A stretch of DNA of 64,000 nucleotides from Eledone cirrhosa (lineage: Eukaryota), in NCBI GenBank assembly GCA_964016885.1, contig OZ024740.1, positions 254,758,001-254,822,000 of the forward strand, read 5' to 3'. The notes under the pieces are model-generated. The model was not told where the DNA came from. It made no database searches and was given only the letters and a program-made list of their open reading frames with translations. This document shows, in pieces, positions 30,792 through 46,427 of the stretch (the first letter of the stretch is position 1; each line of letters begins with the position of its first letter). The position numbers and the translations under genes were made by a program.

Positions 30792-31127
30792 ATATATATA
30801 TATATATATATCTATATGTTTTTCTATTTGTATATGTATGTGTGTATAGGTATATACCTTTCTCTTTGTATGTCTAAGTTGTGTGATAGTGTAGTGGTGT
30901 TTGTATGTATATACCGATATATAGATGCGTAAGTATTTGTCTGTATGTATATATGTAAGTCTGTATATATTTGTGTGTATATATAGCTATGTATGTGTAT
31001 ATCTGTATGTATATTAGTATGTAAGTGTTGTATATGTGCATGTATGTGTGTGGTTATATATATGTGTGTCTATATAGTATGTGTGATTATATGTATATGT
31101 GTGTGTATATGTACGTGTATATACATA

Positions 31128-31180
<53 letters not shown>

Positions 31181-32047
31181 ATTTGTATGTATATGTGTAT
31201 ATGTATGTATGTGTGTATATGTATATGTTTATATATGTGTGTGTATGTATGTTCTTAGTGTGGATGTGTGTATATGTATATATGTGTTTGTATATGTGTG
31301 TATATATATGTATGTGTGTGTGTGTGTCTATGTGTATATATATGTATATTATATATATATGTGTGTGTATATATATATATATATATGTATGTGTATATAT
31401 ATTTTCTTGATATATTTCTTTTTTCTTTTTTCTTTTTTCTTTTTTCTTTCTATTCTTTCCTCTTTAATGTTTATTTATTATTTATTTTTTATTTTCTTAG
31501 TTTATAGATACATCTATATTAGGCAGTCTGCTCAGACCGTTGAATACTGACCTCTCCCCCCCCCTCCCACCTAATTTCTGTATCTTGATCTAAAAATGTG
31601 TGTGCCAGTGTTTATGTGAGTGAATTAATATCCATGTGCTTATGATTTTATATCCACATATATAAATGTGAGTGGGTGTGTGTGTGTGTTTGTATGTTCG
31701 TGGTTATGTGTATATTTATGCATATACGCGCGTGTATGTGTGATTGTACGGATATGTGTGAGTATGAAAAAATATATTTATATACTTAATTTCATATTTG
31801 TGTGTCAATACGCATCTTATCTGTACATTATAAACTTACAGAGACATTAACCTTGAAATTTTGTATTTGCATCCATCCTTTTAGTATGCGTATACAAATT
31901 ATACATACATTTTTGTAAAATATGTGTAAGGGTTTTACATGTATATACACACACCGAACTGCATTTAACCCTTTGTGTTTTCATTGGTCAATTTTGTTCC
32001 CAAACGGACCTGAATTTTTGAATTGTTGTTATTATCAATAAATATAC

Positions 32048-32201
32048 TTCATTATTTCTGAAGACGGCGTATATATGTGTTGGTATGTATATTTAATCTT
32101 GATAGTTTGTATAATTTTGTATAATTTTGTACATAGATCTGTTGAATATGCATGCCAATTCTAACACATATATATCCTAGAAACGATCGTTAAATAATGA
32201 A
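32048..32201 (+). ncRNA. Hammerhead with 115-nt stem II
   Basis: As 25057-25200 plus a 10-nt duplication at the apex of stem II; predicted cut after 32191. Confidence 0.82.
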
Positions 32202-32255
32202 CTTTTTTTGTTTAATATAAGGAATTGTTTATTCATTATTTGTTTAATATTTTAT

Positions 32256-33385
<1,130 letters not shown>

Positions 33386-33925
33386 GTAAACACACATGTT
33401 CTATGGTGCAACACAAATATACACAAATTTGCATACCTTTTGATGTCTATAGATATAAACGTGCCGACACACGCACATACATATACGCACACATGCATTG
33501 CACACTGATGGGCACATACATATTTGTACACAAGTATTCCAATACGGCAAGGCCTAATGGATTCCCCTTGCAGTACGTACAATCTGGACACTCACACACA
33601 CCTTGGTATTATGCCAATACTATATATCACTTCACACCTTTTATTATTAAGGGTTTTGATGTTCTATTGAGAGAATCGTTTTTACTGAAAATATCGAATA
33701 ATGTACACCATTTTTACCAGTATCACAAAAATACTGGTCCACCCACACACACACACATATACACACACACATACACACGCGTACACTAACATACAAAGAG
33801 ACATATACACACACTTCTCCATATAAGAGAAGAGCTGAAAAATATCTTTTAACATGTTAAAATATCCCCCCACACACGTACAGACACATTCCTACTGACC
33901 GATCCCTCTATCACGAATTACTCAG

Positions 33926-33956
<31 letters not shown>

Positions 33957-34057
33957 TCTTAATAGGCATCTGAACTGTTGACCTGTGAACAGGCTGCGGT
34001 TCGCACACACATCCCTGCTGACCATTATCACAACAATGAACCTCTTTACTACTACTA

Positions 34058-34093
<36 letters not shown>

Positions 34094-34117
34094 TTGTCTT
34101 AAAAAACTTATTTTTCA

Positions 34118-36209
34118 GTGACTTCTCAATCAGCCAAGACAAACCGATCTAGGGACTTAACAAACTGTATAATAGGAAGTATGGATGTTGTGTCCCTATA
34201 TCCATCTATTGACGTGGATTTTGCTGTGGAGAAATGCGCAGAAATGATCAGTGAGAGCAATGTTGAATTCCGTGGGATTGATACCAGTGAGCTGGGACTC
34301 CTACTTAAACTTACCTATAGTAATAATTATCTAGACACATATGACCTTAGCAACCTGTGCCTTACAAGACCAGCAAGAGGCAGACCACCTACCATTACCT
34401 CAATGGCCAAGAAAACCCACACAGATATATGGAACGGGTGGACCAGAGCCATACGGACCCCTGAAAACCACGATGAACTAAAAAAAATGATTGCACATGG
34501 GGTGGGGGCCAGCATAAAATTAACCCTTAAGGAACATATGTTCAAATTTAATGGAAAAACATATGCCCAAGAGGAGGGAGCAGCCATTGGTGTTAGCATT
34601 GCAGGCGACATAGCTAACTTATTCATGGTATGGTGGGGCAGTAAACTTAAACTTAAAGAACCTGATAATGTACTCCCGCTACGTTGATGATGTAAACATC
34701 GTAGTTAACACACCCCCACTAGAGAACAGTCAGGAATTAGAGAAAAACACAATGGAAAGCATCCAGCAAATAGCTAACTCCATCCACCAGAGTATTAGAG
34801 TTACTATAGACTACCCAAGCAAACACCCCAACCATCGATTACCTGTACTAGACACAGAGCTCTGGTTAGATACCATTAATAACAAAAAACAAATCCTCCA
34901 TTCCCATTATGCCAAACCCATGACTTCCAAATGTCTGATCCACCGAAACTCAGCTGTTTTGGACCATACCAAAATCAACATACTGATTGCGGATTTGGTA
35001 CGGGTGATGAGAAACGTGTCCCACATGTGCAACCCCGAAGAACTAGAGAGACACATACAACACTTCATCCACCATATGCAGTTCTCTGGTTACAATCAGA
35101 GAGATATAAAATCAGAGTGTATAGAGGAGCCAGAACCAAATGGGAAAAAATGGTAAATAATGACACAAATGGGACCTGCCCCTTGTATAGGAGCAAATTT
35201 TGAAATAGAATAGAAAAAACTAGGAATAAGGCTAATAGAATAAACACATGGTATAATAGCAATAAATACCAGAGTGTAATGTTCATCGATACAACCCCTA
35301 GAGGTGAATTAGCTTACACATTTAGAAGGGCCCTAGATAAACATAAACTCAATATTAAGATAGTAGAAAAACCAGGTACCTCCATAAAAACACTTATTAG
35401 CAAGACACCCTTTTCAAAGACCTCCCTGTATAGATAAGAAATGTATAATCTGTAAATTAAGCCCCCATATTAACTGTAAAACTAGAAATATAGTATATAG
35501 CATAAGATGTACTGAAGGACAATGTAGAGATAAAAATATAGTGTACATAGGTGAGACAGCTCGTAGTATAGGGGAACGGATAAATGAACACTGGCGAGAC
35601 CTTCAAGATAGTAAAGAATCATCTGTACTCTACCAACATGCTAAAATAGAACATAAGGGTAAATTAGAGAACATAGAAATAAAAATAGAATCTACACACA
35701 GAAAAGACGCAATGTTTAGACAAATCACAGAGGCAATAAACATAAATGAATTACAACCAAAATTAAATAGAAAACATGAGTGGAACAGCAACATCAGAAC
35801 TTACAATTAAGGTCAAAATGAAAACACACACGCACATAGAACAAACAACCAACCAGTAACATGTAAATAAACAAATAAATAAACGAATATAAACACACAC
35901 AGACACCCGGATGTAACACATGCGCAAACTAAGCACACAACACACACACGAAAACAAGATGGTGTAGGACAGAACAAAGGACTGGCACAAAAAACAAAGA
36001 AAAGAACCCCCATTCACTGAAGAGGTCACAGAATATGTGACGAAAGAACTTTGACAATATATAAACAACCATCTGGTTGTGGAACCAACCAACCAACGGG
36101 AAATTTATAAATTCCTAAATTTATAAATTTATTATAATAAATTGAAGTGAAAGCAACTGGTGCGTGTGTTTCTTATTTGCAACATGACCCTCCCAAAGTA
36201 TAACAATAT
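34118..36209 (+). mobile_element. Decayed Penelope-like element of a different (non-Naiad) lineage; coding remnant 34118-35810 plus 3' pLTR
   Basis: SMDVVSLYPSI, QEEGAAIG, SRYVDD, LPVLD, YIGETARSIGERINEH across frameshifts and stops; 33386-34117 may be its 5' region. Confidence 0.88.
36013..36055 (+). ncRNA. Hammerhead-like motif in pLTR
   Basis: uca-CUGAAGA-g-gucaca...ugugac-GAAAG-aa-CUU-uga; better-paired copy at 51631-51673. Confidence 0.6.
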
Positions 36210-36300
36210 ATATATATATATATATATATGTGTATATATATATATATGTATATATATACGTATATATATATATATATAGGTAATATGTATATATGTATAT

Positions 36301-37470
36301 GTGGCTATAACAGTGGAGTTCAAGACCGGCTGCCCATGGGAACTCCTATACGCAGATGATCTAACACTCATAGCTGAATCAATGGCTGAACTAGAGAAGA
36401 AATTCCAAACATGGAAGCATGGCCTAGAATCAAAAGGCCTTAAAATTAACCTGTCTAAGACTAAAGTTCTAGTTTGTAGGAAGGAAAATAGGGCACCTGT
36501 CCCATCCGGGAAATGGCCTTGCTCAGTGTGTAGGAAAGGAGTAGGTAGAAACTCCATTTTATGTCCCAAATGCAAAGTATGGGTGCATAAAAGATGTAGT
36601 GGGATCACAGGTAAGCTAACTAAAAATATAGATTTTATATGTGGCCGGTGCTCTGGTGCAATAAGTAGCAGCAAGTGCCCAACAATACTAGCTCATTCCA
36701 TTGCACAGATGGTTCTATAGAATTAGTTGACACCTTCCGTTACTTGGGTGACAAAATCATCAGTGGGGGAGGGTGCTCTGAAAGTACAGTAGCTAGAGTC
36801 AGAACTGGATGGAAAAAGTTCAGAGAGCTTATACCACTATTAGCCGCTAAAGGGTTCTCTCTAAAAATGAAAGGCAGGCTGTATGATGACTGCACACGAA
36901 CAGCAATGTTACATGGCAGTGAGACCTGGGCATTGTGTGCAGAGGATATACACAGACTGGAGAGGAACAAAGCTTGCATGCTCCGCTGGATGTGTAATAG
37001 TAATATACTTGAATGGCAAAGCATAAACGAACTAAGGGAAAAATTAGAAATAAGAGGGATCAGATGTTGTTTACTCGAGAGAAGACTACGTTGGTATGGT
37101 CACGTGATGCGCATGAAAGACGACAGATGTATAAAAAAGTGCAGGGCAATAAAAATAGACGGTAGCCACAGAGTAGGCAGACCCAGAAAAACCTGGGACG
37201 ACTTGATAAATTCCACACTTACAACTCTCCAAGACAATGTCACTGGACCGAGATCTTTGGCGCTACACAGTAATACAGAAGACCCGCCTTACCTAAGTAC
37301 AAAGTGAAACCTACTACAGTCAGTAGGCACCTCTAACAAAAATACAACCCCGTCCCACTACCCCCACCCCTTTCAATGTAAAGTTATGTTGGTACCACAA
37401 CATCCAGTCCGAAACAAATGAGGTCGTGTAGGTGTCACAACAAAAAAACACACAGTCCACGCTGTAATGT
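36301..37470 (+). mobile_element. 5'-truncated RTE LINE (second subfamily), frameshifted, running into the gap
   Basis: PWELLYADDL, C4HC3 finger, [24 protein letters not shown]. Confidence 0.92.
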
Positions 37471-37670
37471 NNNNNNNNNNNNNNNNNNNNNNNNNNNNNN
37501 NNNNNNNNNNNNNNNNNNNNNNNNNNNNNNNNNNNNNNNNNNNNNNNNNNNNNNNNNNNNNNNNNNNNNNNNNNNNNNNNNNNNNNNNNNNNNNNNNNNN
37601 NNNNNNNNNNNNNNNNNNNNNNNNNNNNNNNNNNNNNNNNNNNNNNNNNNNNNNNNNNNNNNNNNNNNNN
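37471..37670. other. Assembly gap (200 N)
   Basis: Run of n. Confidence 1.
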
Positions 37671-39068
<1,398 letters not shown>

Positions 39069-39648
39069 AGAAAAGATGAATATAAGATGAAAGTGCTTTT
39101 ATAAAGGAATTTATTAGGTATTGACATATGTTTCTGTAACAGACAGAATACCTATGTATCGCTGCTTGCGTAATCATATAATGTTAGCAAGTATTCGATA
39201 GCAAATGTATAATCAGTTGTCACTTCTTCAGAGATATTGGATAAATTGGAAAAAAATCAGAAAAATTGAAGTATTTATATTAGTTGTAAGAAAGGAAGAA
39301 GAGAGGGGTTAATATATGACAGATGGCAATTCAATTTACTGGTAAACAAGTATATAGAGGTTTCTAATGAGAATACAATGAGTATATGGTCTAATTTATC
39401 TAAATAAGAATTTTTGGGAGTGCCTATTTTAATCTATACTTGACCAATTGAACAATGGACAGGGCTGGTCGTTTGGTGTAGTAGTATTAATAGATATAAA
39501 GTGTCAATTAAGTAAGAGGGAGCTTTTCACTGCTTCTGTATAACAACAATGCTGGTAGCCTGCTGGTATATGCATTAGGGAATTAAATTAAGAAATCTCA
39601 TTATATCTATAGCAGTTTATATTAAATGGTAAAGAATATACTTTACCA
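39069..39648 (-). mobile_element. PLE-type terminal fragment with long-stem-II hammerhead (39119-39236)
   Basis: CUGAAGA-a-gugaca...uaucg..cuugc..gcaag..cgaua...uguuac-a-GAAAC-auau-GUC; flanked by TA tracts. Confidence 0.72.
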
Positions 39649-39898
39649 TATACATATATATATACATATATATATACATATATATATACATATATATATA
39701 CATATATATAAACATATATATAAACATATATATACATATATATAAACATATATATACATATATATAAACATATATATACATATATATAAACATATATAAA
39801 CATATATATATAAACATATATAAACATATATATATATACATATACATATATATATATACATATATATATACATATATATATATATACATATATATAAT

Positions 39899-42800
39899 AT
39901 AAAAATAACCACTACCACAGTCATCAACAGTCTTCTAAACAGGAAACTTCTTCCTCTTTTTTAGCCATAATGAATCTGGCAAAAGAACTGGAAAAAAACA
40001 TTCGAGCTATCACCCAGCACCACCCTCCACTATCACCCCACTGCACAAACTCCCATTGCTGCCATTAACAAACAAACAAATTAACAACACACCAAAACAA
40101 TTAAAACCATCCACTCTCGCCTCTACATTTTTGCTTAACGCCCAAGGCATCAGCCCTTCCACCAATACTCAAAAATGGAAGATCAAATTCCTGGAGGACT
40201 GGATTGATGTCCATCCAAACCACATCCCTTTCTTCGTCCTCACTGAAACCCATCTCAGTAACCTCCACTTGGATGCCGAGGTGAAAGTGAAAAATTTCAA
40301 AGCCATCCGTGCTGATCGCGCTGGCAGAAGAAAGGGCGGAACTACCATTTATGTCCATAATTCTTTCTCAACAGAGGCTATGAACATATTCACTAATGGA
40401 TACTGTGAAGCAGTCACTGTATTCAGTCAAACCAACAACCTATTAGTAGTTGGGCTCTATAGGCCACCCCAAACGCCTGTACCATGCTTCAAGGAATGCC
40501 TCAACAGCATAAAGTGTTTCATCCAAGAGTGTCACCCTGACAACATCTTAATGATGGGGGACTTCAACCTCCCCGGAGTTGACTGGTCCACAAACAGCCT
40601 GCCACCAGGTTCTTCTGCCTCAACCTCTGACAGGGAAGCTGTGGAATCGCTTCTTGACTTCATGGATGATTTCTTCCTATCCCAACTGGTGCTCGAACCA
40701 ACGAGGTGCCACAAAAACGTCCTAGACTTAATTTTCAGCAATCACACTGACAATATCCACAATATTGCAGTGGAGAAAACTCTACTCTCTGATCATGACA
40801 TGGTTCTCTGTGATCTGAGATTCCACCGTCCAATATACAAACCCAATGTCATCTCTCCTGTCCATCCGTTTGACGCTATGGATTTCCACAATGCAAACTG
40901 GGAAGCGATCAGTCATGATCTTGCACATGTCGACTGGTCCTTCACGCACACTCATACACCCACTAACATCAAAAAGTCCTGGCAGACATTTGTGGACACT
41001 GTTACAAACATATGTGCTAAACACACCCCATTAAGAACTATAAACAAATCTAAGAGCAGAATCCCTAGAAATAGAAAAACGCTCATCAGAAAAATTAAGA
41101 GAACGAACAAAAAAATCAACAAGCTGAAATACTGTCAGCAGCAACACATCAACTTGACTGCCATTTCATCACTAGAGATTAAAAAACATAACCTCCAAAA
41201 CAACATAATGTCCCTCATCAACAATCAGAGAAGAGCTGAAGAGGCCTGGGCCATTGAGAAGATCAAACTCAATCCCAAAGTGTTCTTTTCATTTGCAAAA
41301 AAACACAAAATCACTGGCTCTACTGTTGGCCCTCTAATTGATGAAAATGGCACTCTTCAAGACAATGCTAAAACCATGGGTGAGATACTGCAGAAACAAT
41401 ACTGCTGTTTTCAGCAATCCTGATATGGCCGATCTGGGCTGTATCGGCGATGTTACTCCCCATTACACCTTATCGGACATAACGTTTGGCGCCCCTGATG
41501 TCTTGGCGGCAATAAAGGAAATCAAGCATAATTCAGCAGTAGGTCCCGATAGGTTCCCTGCTTGTGTCTTGAAGGCGTGTCAACACCAACTTGCATCTCC
41601 TCTTGCCAATCTGTGGCGGAACTCACTGGATGCTGGATATGTGCCAGAAAACCTTCTATCCCAGTCTGTTATCCCAGTTTTCAAAAAGGGAAACAAATCC
41701 CTTGCCGTGAATTACCGTCCAATCTCACTCACCTCTCATATCATTAAGGTATTTGAGCGAGTGGTGAGATCGCGAATGACCCACTTCCTTGAGAGTAACA
41801 ATATGCTGAACTCCAACCAGCATGGATTCCGTAATGGAAGGGATTGCCTGACGCAGCTACTGCATCACTTTGATGACATTTTGAGAGCCTTGGGAGAGGG
41901 TTCCAACACTGATGTTATCTACCTTGATTTCAGCAAGGCCTTTGACAGGGTTGATCATAACATTCTACTGAGAAAGCTGTCCAATATTGGTGTCACTGGA
42001 AAGCTGCTGCAGTGGATCAAGAGCTTCCTGTCAAACAGAACCCAACATGTTGTAGTTGAGGGAGTCAAATCAAGCCCAGCCAAAGTCAGTAGTGGGGTCC
42101 CACAAGGCACTGTGTTGGGCCCACTTCTCTTCATCATCTATATTAATGACATCACTGACATCATCAAACACAGCAACATTAAAATTTTCGCTGATGATTC
42201 CAAGCTCCAAAAGGTCATCAATGGCGTGGATGACCGGATAAGCCTTCAGTCAGACCTACTGGCTGTTACCCAATGGGCGGAAAAGAACAACATGTTACTG
42301 AACGAAGACAAATTCGAACTGATCCACTTTGGAAAAGAGGATGCTCTGAAACTCCCGTACTCCCTTCCCTCCGGGGAAACTCTCGTGGCATCTAACAACA
42401 TCAGAGACTTGGGAGTAACCGTGGACAGCAACATAAGCTGGACCACGCATATAAGCAGCAAAGTTGACATGGCCCGCAGAATGTGTTCCTGGATCCTCAG
42501 AACCTTCCAGTCGAGAGATTCCCGCACCATTATCCTTCTCTTCTCTACTTTTGCCCGACCACACCTTGAATACTGTTGTCCACTGTGGTCTCCCCACACG
42601 AAACAAAGTATCATGAAACTTGAAGCTCCTCAAAGGGCAATCACGAAAAAGATAGATGGCATGTCAGACCTTGACTACTGGGGTCGATTAGAAAACCTGA
42701 AACTTTACTCACTCCAACGTCGCCGTGAGCGTTATATTATCTGCATGATGTGGAAAATGTTCCATCATCACTGCCCAAATGATGTTGGCATCGCCTTCAA

Positions 42801-43150
42801 GATACACCCAAGGCTTGGGCCCCGTGCTATCCGTCCCATTCAAAAATCTAAATCGCAACTCATAACAACAATACGGCACAATTATTTCACCTCAATCGGC
42901 CCTGCTCTCTTCAACATTACACCAGGACACGTCAAAACAGAAACTGACCACACAAAATTCAAGAAGTCTTTGGACAAATTCCTCCAAGTAATCCCGGACA
43001 AACCACCCGCACCCGGATATGTCTCCGCAAACAGTAATTCTCTTCTCGAATGGGCCATGGTGCCCAAATCCTGAATTGAAAGACTTCGCCAGGTGGTGCT
43101 ATCAAGTTAGACATGGCCTGGGCCAATACTGGCCAAAACATTTCAAAGTT
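39899..43150 (+). mobile_element. CR1/L2-group LINE, 5'-truncated
   Basis: APE + RT ORF2 and a short 3' UTR ending in (TA)n. Confidence 0.92.
40056..43074 (+). pseudogene. LINE ORF2 (AP endonuclease + RT) with one frameshift near 41400
   Basis: LTETH, YRPP, GDFNLP, LDL, SDH; NYRPISLTS, YLDFSKAFD, GVPQGTVLGP, FADD, EYCCPLWSPH, SLQRRR. Confidence 0.9.
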
Positions 43151-43158
43151 ATATATAT

Positions 43159-43443
<285 letters not shown>

Positions 43444-43471
43444 CATACATATATATATATATACATATATA

Positions 43472-43749
43472 TGGAAAGTTATATTTAAATTGTTGGGTTA
43501 CAACTAGTAAATATTTATAACTGATATAAAAGCACTCGACAAGTATTTGGAGTATATTTACGATATTAAATAAATGGAAACTATATTTATAAAACCATAT
43601 TTATTTCATTATATATATTTCAGGGATATCATATTAACAATATGCTATGCCTTCCTCAGACAAAATACAATATAAACAGTTTTATAGATAAATAGATTTG
43701 ACATACCGTACAACATCGACTTGTATTTGAAAAGTTGAATTGGCAGTTA
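43472..43749 (-). mobile_element. PLE-type terminal fragment with hammerhead (43602-43667) and bulged hairpin (43534-43553)
   Basis: uauuuugu-CUGAGGA-aggcauagcauauu-guu-aauaugauaucccu-GAAAU-auau-AUA-augaaaua. Confidence 0.75.
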
Positions 43750-43768
43750 TACATATATATACATATAT

Positions 43769-43799
<31 letters not shown>

Positions 43800-43812
43800 T
43801 ACATATATATAC

Positions 43813-43873
<61 letters not shown>

Positions 43874-43886
43874 TACATATATATAC

Positions 43887-43919
<33 letters not shown>

Positions 43920-43940
43920 CATATATACATATATATATAC

Positions 43941-44005
<65 letters not shown>

Positions 44006-44064
44006 TATATACATATATATAAACATATATATATATATACATATATATAAACATATATATATAT

Positions 44065-44107
<43 letters not shown>

Positions 44108-44448
44108 TATATACATATATATAAACATATATATATATATATATACATATAAACATATATATATATATACATATAAACATATATATATATATACATATAA
44201 ACATATATATATATATACATATAAACATATATATATATATACATATAAACATATATATATATATACATATAAACATATATATATATATACATATAAACAT
44301 ATATATATATATACATATAAACATATATATATATATACATATAAACATATATATATATACATATAAACATATATATATATACATATATATAAACATATAT
44401 ATATATATAAACATATATATATATATAAACATATATATATATACATAT

Positions 44449-44521
<73 letters not shown>

Positions 44522-44792
44522 TATATACATATATATATATATATACATATATATATACATATATATACATATATACATATATATATACATATATACATAT
44601 ATATATACATATATATACATATACATATATATATACATATATATATATATATACATATATACATATATATATACATATATACATACATATACATATATAT
44701 ACATATATATATACATATACATATATATACATATATATATACATATACATATATATACATATATATATACATATACATATACATATATATAC

Positions 44793-44828
<36 letters not shown>

Positions 44829-44836
44829 TTATATAC

Positions 44837-44891
<55 letters not shown>

Positions 44892-45113
44892 CATATATAC
44901 ATATATATATACATATATACATATATATATACATATATATATACATATATATATACATATATATATACATATATATATACATATATATACTATATATAAA
45001 AATATATATATACATATATATATAAATATATATATACATATATATATAAATATATATATACATATATATATACATATATATATACATATATACATACATA
45101 TATATATACATAT
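43750..45113. repeat. TA-based microsatellite with a 20-bp higher-order unit at ~44130-44350
   Basis: atatatatatacatataaac repeated. Confidence 0.93.
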
Positions 45114-45892
45114 ATCATCATCATCATCAGGTTTAGCGTCCGTGTTCCACGCTTGCATGGGTTTGGACGGGGGTTTTCCCACTTGAGGCAAGAGTGGTTG
45201 TCTTGCTCGCATAGGACTGTCTGGCGGGTTTTCTACAGTTGGATGCCCTTCCTAACACCAACCACATTTACAGTGTGGGGCTGGGAGGTTTTTACCGTGT
45301 TGCCTACACGGCCACATTACAGCGTGGACTGTCTGGCGGGTTTTCTACAGCTGGATGCCCTTCCTAACACCAACCACATTTACAGTGTGGGGCTGGGAGG
45401 TTTTTACCGTGTTGCCTACACGACCACATTTACAGCGTGGACTGCGTGTTTTTTGTCGTGACACCTACACGATCTCATTTGTTTCGGCCTGGATGTTGTG
45501 GGACCAACATAACTTTACATTGAAAGGGGCGGTGTGGGTGGGGTGGAGGTGGTGGGACGGGGGTGTGTTTTGATAGAGATGCCTACTGACTGTAGTAGGT
45601 TTTTACTTTGTATTTAGGTAAGGCGGGTCTTTTCTATTACTGAGTACCGCCAAAGGTCTCGGTCCAGTGACATTGTCTTGGAGAGGTGTAAGCGTGTGAG
45701 GTCGGAATTTATCAGCTCGTCCCATGTTTTTCTGGGTCTGCCTACTCCGTGGCTACCGTCTATCTTTATTGCCCTGCACTTTGTTATACAGCTGTCGTCT
45801 TTCATGCGCATCACGTGACCGTACCAACGTAGCCTTCTCTCGAGTAAACAACATCTTATCCCTCTTATTTCTAATTTTTTCCTGAGTTCATT
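45114..45892 (-). mobile_element. RTE 3' fragment (subfamily of 36301-37470) with ~112-bp tandem duplication in the 3' UTR
   Basis: [12 protein letters not shown]...GRPRKTW; (GAT)n tail; ggactgtctggcggg at 45214 and 45326. Confidence 0.9.
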
Positions 45893-46320
45893 TATATATA
45901 TATATATACATACATATATATATACATATATATACATATATATATACATATATATATACATATATATATATACATATATATATATAAATATATACATATA
46001 TATATACATATATATATATACATATATATATATAAATATACAGAGATATACATATATGTATACATATTTATATACATATATATACATATATATATACATA
46101 TATATACATATATATACATATATATATACATATTTATACATATATATACATATATATATACATATTTATATACATATATATATACATATATATACATATA
46201 TATATACATATTTATACATATATATACATATATATATACATATTTATATACATATATAAACATATATATATATATATACATATATATACATATAACATAT
46301 ATATATACATATATACAAAC

Positions 46321-46354
<34 letters not shown>

Positions 46355-46427
46355 GTTTATATATATATATATATATATACATATATATAAACATATATAT
46401 ATATATATATATAAACATATATATATA

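Larger units (their letters stand above)
25255..32255 (+). mobile_element. Full-length Penelope-like retroelement, Naiad-type family 1 (7001 bp unit)
   Basis: Intact ORF, ~4.3 kb 3' UTR/pLTR, terminal hammerhead, partial tandem arrangement typical of PLEs; ends in (TA)n. Confidence 0.95.
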
